NCBI GenBank assembly: GCA_965112735.1
Contig: OZ218964.1
Coordinates: 1,302,001 to 1,366,000, forward strand
DNA length: 64,000 bases
From: Phaeosaccion multiseriatum
Taxonomy: Eukaryota; Protista; Ochrophyta, other classes
Reading direction: 5' to 3'
Part shown: in pieces, positions 56,266-64,000 of the stretch
How the letters are laid out: each line of letters opens with the position of its first letter
Numbering within the stretch: the first letter of the stretch is position 1
Made by a program: the position numbers and the translations under genes
The notes under the pieces: generated by a model
Databases searched by the model: none
What the model was told of the DNA's origin: nothing
What the model saw: only the letters and a program-made list of their open reading frames with translations

Positions 56266-58782
56266 GTCTCGTGTCGCACCACCCTCACCCTCACCCTCAC
56301 CATCTCCAAAGATTTCTTCCTGGCTAACGCCCTGCTGGCTTGGCTGGTGGGCAGAGTGCACCACTTCGCCTGCCCCTGCTGTTCCTACCCCTGCTGTCCT
56401 GCCCCACTCGATACTGTGAATGCCGTCCGCGGTGGTCCCGCCTTCATCCAAGCCACCGGCACCAGCAGCAGGGCGCCCGTTGCCTGTCTCTTTCCACAGG
56501 TCCTCGCTCCCCTCCATTCGAGTGAAGGACCCTCTCATGCCCGAGGAGGGCTGGACGTTAGCCTCCTCCTCCTCCTCCTCCTCCCCCTCCTCCTCCTCAT
56601 CCTCCTCCTCCTCCTCCTTCTCCTCCTCCTCCTCCTTCTCCTCTTCCTCCTTCTCCACCACTTCTTTCGCAAGGCTTGGTAAGCCCTGCATTTTCTCCGG
56701 TAGAACAGCAGCAACGTCTCCCTCCTTCGCTAACGCTTCTCCTTCTCTTTCGGCTTCTTCTGCTGCTTCTTCTCTCTCTTCTTCCTCCTCCCGAATGCTG
56801 CTACCGTTGTGACGCGAGTGCGATTTGGCTTCGGGAGGAGTAGCAGACGGACTGGTGGAAGGCACCAACGCTCCTCCTCCTCCTCCTCCTCCTCCTCGTC
56901 CTCCTCCACCTCCTCCTCCTCCTCCTCCTCCTCGTCCTCCTCCTCCTCCTCCTCCTCCTCCTCCCCCTCGTCCTCCTCCTCCCCCTCCTCCTCCTCCTCG
57001 ACTCTCGTAGGGTGGGGGCGGATCATCCCACTCCCCGTGTTGGATGCTGACTGCAGCGTGGTTAGCGCTGCCGCTGCGGCCACTTGCACTTGCCAGTGAT
57101 GATGATGACAGCTCCCTTCCCAGTCCGGCGCTGCTGCTGCTCGTGCAGCTGCTGCTTCTGGTGAGTGGGGTGCGACCACCACCACCACCACCACCACCAC
57201 CACCACCACCACCACCACCACCACCACCACCACCACCACCACCACCACCCCTGCCGCCGCCGCCGCTCGTCGAGGATGGCGTCATCATCCGGCCGCCATG
57301 CCTACCGTTCTGACTGCTTTGACTCGCGGCGCTTAATCTTCTCTCAATGCTGACGAGTGCCAGCTGATACTCTCTCCGCTGCTCCTGGAGCAGCTCGATA
57401 CTGCAAGTCGTGTCCACCGAACTCGACCTCTCGAAATGATAGTCGTGATGACGTCCACCCCCACTCCCGCCCCTGCCCGGACTGGGGCTCCTTGTAGGCA
57501 CAAGACCTGGACTCGGACTGTTGTACCCCCCCACACCCGCACCCACACCCGCACCCACACCCGCACCCACACCCGTGCCAGAAAAGGTCGCCGGGCCATA
57601 CATGGGCGGCTGCTGGAGGACCCGCTGACTTCCTCCCATCATATGCCCTCTTCGCAGGAGCTCGCATCTGACAAAGTCCTCTCTTCCCGTGCCCATGCCC
57701 ATGCCCATACCTGCAGCCACGGACTGCGCTCGGCTGAGGGGGGGCATGGGAAACCTCACGCCGACACCAGGTAGCGTGTTCATACGCATTGGTGGTGTCT
57801 TGTACATTGGCGACTGCTGCAGTGGCGGTGTATGCAATTCTCTCATGGATGAGCTCGGCTGCAGCTGCACCTGCTGCACCTGCGGCGCCCCCCCCCACCC
57901 CTGCGGTCTCGGTCTTCTTCTATCCCTGCTGCCCCCCCGCCTCCCCCCCCCTCTACCGCCGTCTCTGCCTCCTCCTCCTCCTCCTCCTCCTCCTCCTCCC
58001 CTCACCGAGGACGATAGGCCGTCTCTATCCCTGATGCTGTTACACCCTATAGAGCCCACAGAGAGCTGCAGCGAAAGCTGACGAGACGAGCCGAAACTAT
58101 ATGTGCTGGAGCCTTGCTGCATGCTACTTTGTCTCGTGAGCCCTGTGATCTCACTGCTCGCCCTCATTATGACCCCCCCCCCCGGACCTCTCCCTCCTCC
58201 ACTTGTTCCCTCTTCCTCGCTTCCTCGCGAGAAGCTCCTGTTCTTGTTGCTGATGTTGATGCTGCTGCCAGCAGCAGCGCTCTTCTGTCTCCCCTCCTCC
58301 TCCACAAGGGCTGTCTCCCCTCCTGCCCCCCCTGCTGTCTTTGACGCATTCTTCCTCTTCCTTCGCAGATATAGCAGTAGGCCCAAAGAAGTCAACCCAC
58401 AGCAGCCGAGAACGACCCCGAGAACAATACCAAAGACGGATCGAAACGAGTAACTGACCAAGCCCATCCGCGCCTCCGAACCGCCCCCCTCGACACGGAA
58501 GTCTCCACACGTGCTACTTCCCACCACCGTGAAACGGTAGGCATTGCTGCTCGCACCTTCACTCGCCTCATTGCCACTGCCACTGCCATTGCTGCTCGTA
58601 TCAGCCACAGGAGAGGATGGATGGGGAGGGAAGTCGAAGTGAGCCCCTGTCTGGCTGTCGGTTTGCCAGCCGTGGGCAGAGGAGGAGGCGAGAGCAAGGA
58701 GAGTGGCCTCATCCCTGTATGTAACGTCCATGCTGAAGGATCCGTCGCGCACGAGAATCTGTAATCACCATGGACGGCGCAG

Positions 58783-58827
<45 letters not shown>

Positions 58828-59272
58828 TGTGTGTACATGAAGAGAGAGAACAAGAGAGATGAGAGATACGGCCAGACAGTGTAAGAAGGGGCGCAAGCTG
58901 TTCTTTCCCCACTCCGCAACTCACCCAACAATAGACCAACCCCTCTCTCTTACTCTCTCTCTCCCTCCCTCTCTCTCCCTCTCTCTCTCTCTCTCCCTCT
59001 CTCCCTCTCCTTCTTTCTTCCCTTCGCTCGTCCTCCAGAAGCTCCACAGGGGGCACTCCCCGTGACGCACGTACTTACTCACCAGCACTATCGACACCAC
59101 ACCCACACCCGCGCTCGTCGCCAAGCACACCTCTTCCCACACAATGCCAAAGCCTTGCTGCCCATCCGCTGCAGTGGCATTGCTGACCATCACTTTGCCA
59201 CAGAGGGAGGGATCGAGATTTGCCCATAGAGGAAACAGCGCAGGGCCGTCGAGCGCACCTCTGAGTTGTGTG

Positions 59273-59319
<47 letters not shown>

Positions 59320-59745
59320 ATGTGCGGAAGTGTGAGCAAAAGCAAAAGCGAAACGTTGCATATGGGGGGGGGGCGGGGCAGGACTAACGAGAGGAAGTGG
59401 CAGGAGATGGAAGATGCCTGCACGCAAAGGCACACACACACACAGCACTGCACTGCACTGCACTACACTCTACTCACGTCGGGAGGGAGCGCGGCATGGG
59501 GTCCGAAAAGCCTCCTTGAAAATCCTCCAGAGTTATGTATCCGTTCGTATTGACAAAGCAAGTCTTGTAGTTGCCGCCTCCGACTGGGAAGGAAAAGTCG
59601 TCTGGAAAAGGCACGGCCAATGTCACGTCGTTGAAGTCTGAGATGGGGAGGGTAAAAGGGTCGTCGTCGAGTACGAAACTGTCGCTGCTGGTGATTGTGG
59701 TGCCGAAGTCCACGTTCTCGCCGGGAGACACGTCCAGAGCCCATC

Positions 59746-59792
<47 letters not shown>

Positions 59793-59909
59793 AGGGAGGG
59801 AGGGGGGATGGATGGACGGGTGAAGGGAAGGAGGGAGGGAGGGAAGTGTGAAGGATGGATGGATGGATGGATGGATGGATGAAGGGAGGGAGGGAGGGAG
59901 AGGGGGAGT

Positions 59910-59948
<39 letters not shown>

Positions 59949-60291
59949 GTTTGAATGGAGGAGGACGGCAACGCACGCATACAAGGGCAGGCGACTTGTA
60001 CCACTGAGTAGGGCAGGGTGAGATGGACAGGTTGCTCAGTCTTGCGTGTTGGTACACACACAGGCTTGCCCGGATACTGAACAAACACGATCGGACATGC
60101 TGCGAACCCGTCTGACGCAAAACAGGAGGGGGTGGCGAGCAACAACCCCAACGAGAAGGACACATACTTACCCCAGTTGTCTCCTTCATCACATAGGAGA
60201 GCCGTCGTCTGCAACTCACGGTCTTCCCTGGGGGCACCATGAACACTGCTGAGACTGGCTGCTGCTGACGCTGCTGCTGATGCTGCTGCTG

Positions 60292-60331
<40 letters not shown>

Positions 60332-60596
60332 TGCTAGCAGGACTGATCAAATGCACAGGAGATGGGAATGAAGGGAGGGCCATGGTTGAGCAAGGAGAAT
60401 GTGCGACTCTCCCTGACCCCCTCCTCACGGGTGAACTCTCCATGGGAAGAGTCCGCTTTTTCGTATTTTTTCCTTCTCCCGTCTCACCTGCTGCTGGTGC
60501 AGAGGCTCCAGTAGACACCACACTCACTCGTGTTGCTCCTCTTGTCGACCTTAGTGAGGCTGCTGCTACGAGCAGCCCTACAGCCTTGCCACACAT
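56062..60596 (-). CDS. Type I single-pass membrane protein with NIDO-like ectodomain and long low-complexity cytoplasmic tail
   Basis: Signal-like MCGKAVGLLVAAASL; FSFPVGGGNYKTCFVNTNGYITL and LFPLWANLD resemble NIDO/PLXDC-type motifs; TM IVLGVVLGCCGLTSLGLLLYL followed by RRKRK; PPPPY motif in the tail. Confidence 0.62.
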
Positions 60597-61207
60597 GGAT
60601 CCTCACTCGTCCTTTACTCTCCCGTGACACAACCAGTCTTTCTCCCCACCACTATGACCGGGAGTCGTGATATCCTGATGCTGAAGGCCTACTCCGGCCG
60701 TCGCAGAGCTCGCGGCCAGCCATTTCACCGTACCACACGTGCCACACTGCACAGAGAGCTCACGTAAAAAAACATTCAACATTTCTCAGTATGTCAATGG
60801 GTAAACCCTCCTGGCAACGGGGTCCTTGCTCGGGGATTCTTTATTTGAACATTTGACGGGTGAGCTTTTGACTTTTGAGCTATCCGGTCTTTTGTCTTTT
60901 CTCAGACCGTGGGCCAGTCGCCCCTCTTCTTAAGTACCCTTGGTCGGCAAGGCCAGCAGCGTGGGATGGATTAGCAGCGTGGGGTGCTTCCCACCCTCTT
61001 ATCTACCCTCCTCTGCTCTTTTGTCTCCTACATGCATTCATATCATTCATTCCGTACGCTGTGCCACAAGGGTACGAAGGAAGAAAAATAACCACCACAC
61101 AACCTGCTGCTGCGGTCGACTGCGGGTTGGCCTGTATTCCTCTAGGCTTATTGGGGGGAGAGGCGAGGGAGGATACTCTGCTTACACCCAATGCCTCTAC
61201 CAGAGAT

Positions 61208-63510
61208 TCACTTCTCTCTCCACGCAAGGCATTGCAACGCCATGTTGTAGAAGCCGAGCGTTGGCGCGACAGTACAAGCAGTAGCACCACCACCACCACC
61301 ACCACCACCACCACCACAATCACCACTGCGCAGCCGGCTTCCCTCACCAAGCGCGGCCGTATCACCAACTGCTGCAACTGCTTCTCCACCACCACCACCA
61401 CCACCAGCAGCAGCAGCAGCAGCGGCCGCAGCCGCAGCTTTACACCCCTCCCTCACACGCAGCAGCAGCCGTAACGCCGCTTCCCCATCATGTGCCTTGC
61501 TGCACGCCGCAAAGGCCAGGGTGTAGCTCCACTCATCAGGAGGCATCCCTGCAGTAGCCATGTCCCCCAACAGCCCCAGGGCCGCCTGCACCTCCCCCTC
61601 CTTGGCGCAAACGCTCAGGGCAAGATCGTACGTGCTCTTCGCGTGCCCCACTCCCCGGGCCTTCATCGCGTGCAAAAGGCTGAGAGCGTGCTCGGCGGCC
61701 GTCAGTCCTCCTCCACGCCCTTCTTCCTCCTCCGCCTCCTCCTCCACGTCCTCCTCGACTCGGACCCGGAAGTCTCCCCCCTTCTCCTCGCCCTGCTGCT
61801 GCACCAGCCGCTGGCTCTGCCCCCCTTCCCCCCCTTCCTCCCGCTTCTTCTCTTGTCCGTATTTCTCCAGCAAGGCCTGGCCCATAAGACTCTCCAACAG
61901 GGCGAGCGTCTCGGGACTCCACTCATCCTCCTCCTCCTCCTCCTCCTCCTCCTCCTCCTCCTCCTCCCCTTCCTCATCTCTCTTCACCTCCAACAAATCT
62001 TCTTGCCTTCTTCTTGACAACGCCTCGCCACCATCATCACTGCTTCTTCTTGCCCCCCGCCTGCCCTCATCAATCCCTCCGCCACGCCGCCCTCCTTTCA
62101 CGCCTCCTCCTGTTGCTGCTGCCTCACCAAACAACACCGGCGCAACTCCTTCTCCTTCGGCGGCGGCACCCATGTTAACGCCCATATACCCTTCTTGCTT
62201 TTGCCTGGGCTGCACCTCCTCGTGTTGTGCTATCCGCTGCTGCTCTCCCAGTTGCAGCTGTATCACCAACTGCTGTTGTTGCTCCTGCTGCTCCTGGTCC
62301 TGCTGCTGCTGATGGAGCGAAGGAAAGAAGCGCTGCCGAGCATCCGCAGCCGCCGCAGCAGTTGGTGATATAGCAGCAGCTGGTGGCAGGCCGACGCCAA
62401 AAGCGGCGCCCCTCTTACCCTCAGGCCCACCCCCTGCTGATAATGTATCACCAACTGCTTCTGCTCCCTTACCCTCCCTGACCTCGGCCACAAAGCGCAG
62501 AGTGTCAAAGTCGAGGTTGCCCAAACCCTGCTCATACATCTGACGAGTAAGCATCTCCAGAGACAGAGAGGAGGAAGAGGCTGCACACGCAGCAATGGCC
62601 ATGTGGTAAGTCGTCTGTGGAGGAAGTCAGGCAGAGAGAATGGGGGGGGGGGGTCGGAGAGGGAGAGGGGGGGGTCAGACAGACAAGAGAGAGGGGGAGA
62701 GAAAGAGGACTCAGAGAGAGAGGGGGGAGTTCATTGAGAAAGAGAGGGGGGGAGGCGGGGGGTCAGGGAGACAAGAGAGACAACAGAGAGAGGGAGAGAG
62801 AGAGAAAGAAAGAGGGTTCAGAGAGCGTGGGGGAAGTGTTCAGAGAGAGAAAGAGGGAGGGGTCAGAGAGACGAGAAAGGGAGAGGGGGAGCGTCAGTCA
62901 TGCCAATTCTTACCATATCCGGCGTGACGTCATCCTTTTCCATGACGTTTAAAAGATCAAGCGCCTTGGCCCGCTGCCCACACCTGCCTAGCGCTCCAAT
63001 GGCGGCGTTGTACGCACTCACTGCAGCCGGAGGGGGCACGCTACCTTCCCCTCGCATTGTGTCCAACACATCCAGAGCTGCCTCCCATTGCCCGCCCCTG
63101 CCGCACGCGTCGATGGCCGAGGTGTAGCAGTAGATGTTGGCAGGGACGTCGTCAACATGCATACTGGCATGGTGGGGGAGGGGGAGGAGGAGGAGGAGGA
63201 GGAGGAGGAGGAGGAGGAGGAGGAGGAGGAGGAGGAGGAGGAGGAGGAGGAGGAGGAGGAGGTGAGGTGAGGAAAGACAGGAGGGGGGGGGTGGGAAGAC
63301 AGAAGGAGAGGGGAGGTGAGCCGAAGAGAAGAGAAGAAGGAGGTGAGCCTCTAACAAGTCCTCAATTTATAAAGCATGCATTCAAACACCCCCCCCCCCC
63401 CCCACATACACACGCACACACACGCACACACACACACACGCACACACGCACACACACACACGCACACACACACACACCACACACACACACACCACACACA
63501 CACATATATT

Positions 63511-63563
<53 letters not shown>

Positions 63564-63754
63564 GCCCTCACATGTCGAGTAGGTGCAGGGCCTTGTCGGG
63601 ATTCCTTGCCCTTGCGCAGGCATCGATGGCGGCCCCGTACGTCTCTGTGGACATGGCTTTGGGCCAGCGGCGGCGACACTCGTCCAGGAGGGAGAGAGCT
63701 TGCTTGAAGCCTTCGCTGCGCCCGCATGCAGCAATGGCGCTGCTGTAGCAAAAC
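61208..63754 (-). CDS. Pentatricopeptide repeat (PPR) protein, 3' part; 5' end lies beyond the window
   Basis: FCYSSAIAACGR, TYGAAIDACARA, YCYTSAIDACGRGGQWEAAL.VL..M, YNAAIGALGRCGQ, PDEWSYTLAFAACSK. Confidence 0.9.
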
Positions 63755-63802
63755 TGCAGGCGCAGAAGCAGTTGAGAGAGAGAAAGAGAGAGAGAGAAAG
63801 AG

Positions 63803-63837
<35 letters not shown>

Positions 63838-64000
63838 GGAGAGGTGAGAGAGGAAGGGAGGGGTTGGGAGGCATCCGTTATACTCCGCCGGGCTCCACCC
63901 AACCAGCTCACTCCACTCACTCACGCACTCACTCACTCTATCCCGCTCCACTCACTCACCAACTCATTATTCCACTCACTCATTCACTCACTCCACTCAC

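Overview
This is eukaryotic nuclear DNA: GC-rich and gene-dense, with GT-AG introns filled by microsatellites. Signal peptides followed by Phe on predicted plastid proteins suggest an ochrophyte/stramenopile-type alga (inference). About 15 protein-coding genes can be supported: GET4 (partial), FAN1, two Mpv17/PMP22 paralogs, a CDPK, a DUF218/YOR238W-like protein, an organellar seryl-tRNA synthetase, a ~4,500-aa WW/IQ/TPR protein, TXNDC9/PhLP3, CtpA, a PHD+PH protein, a NIDO-like type I membrane protein, a PPR protein (partial) and two unknowns. There is also an 845-bp TIR element with a 6-bp TSD and nested palindromic modules. The most unusual signal is a 15-mer, CAGTTGGTGATACAG, with about 10 exact and over 10 near-exact copies in exons and introns on both strands. 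In exons it is read in five of six frames, and its stop codon is mutated in the copies where it would be in frame. A second dispersed motif, GATGGCAGTGGATGG, behaves similarly. All coordinates and exon models were read by eye.
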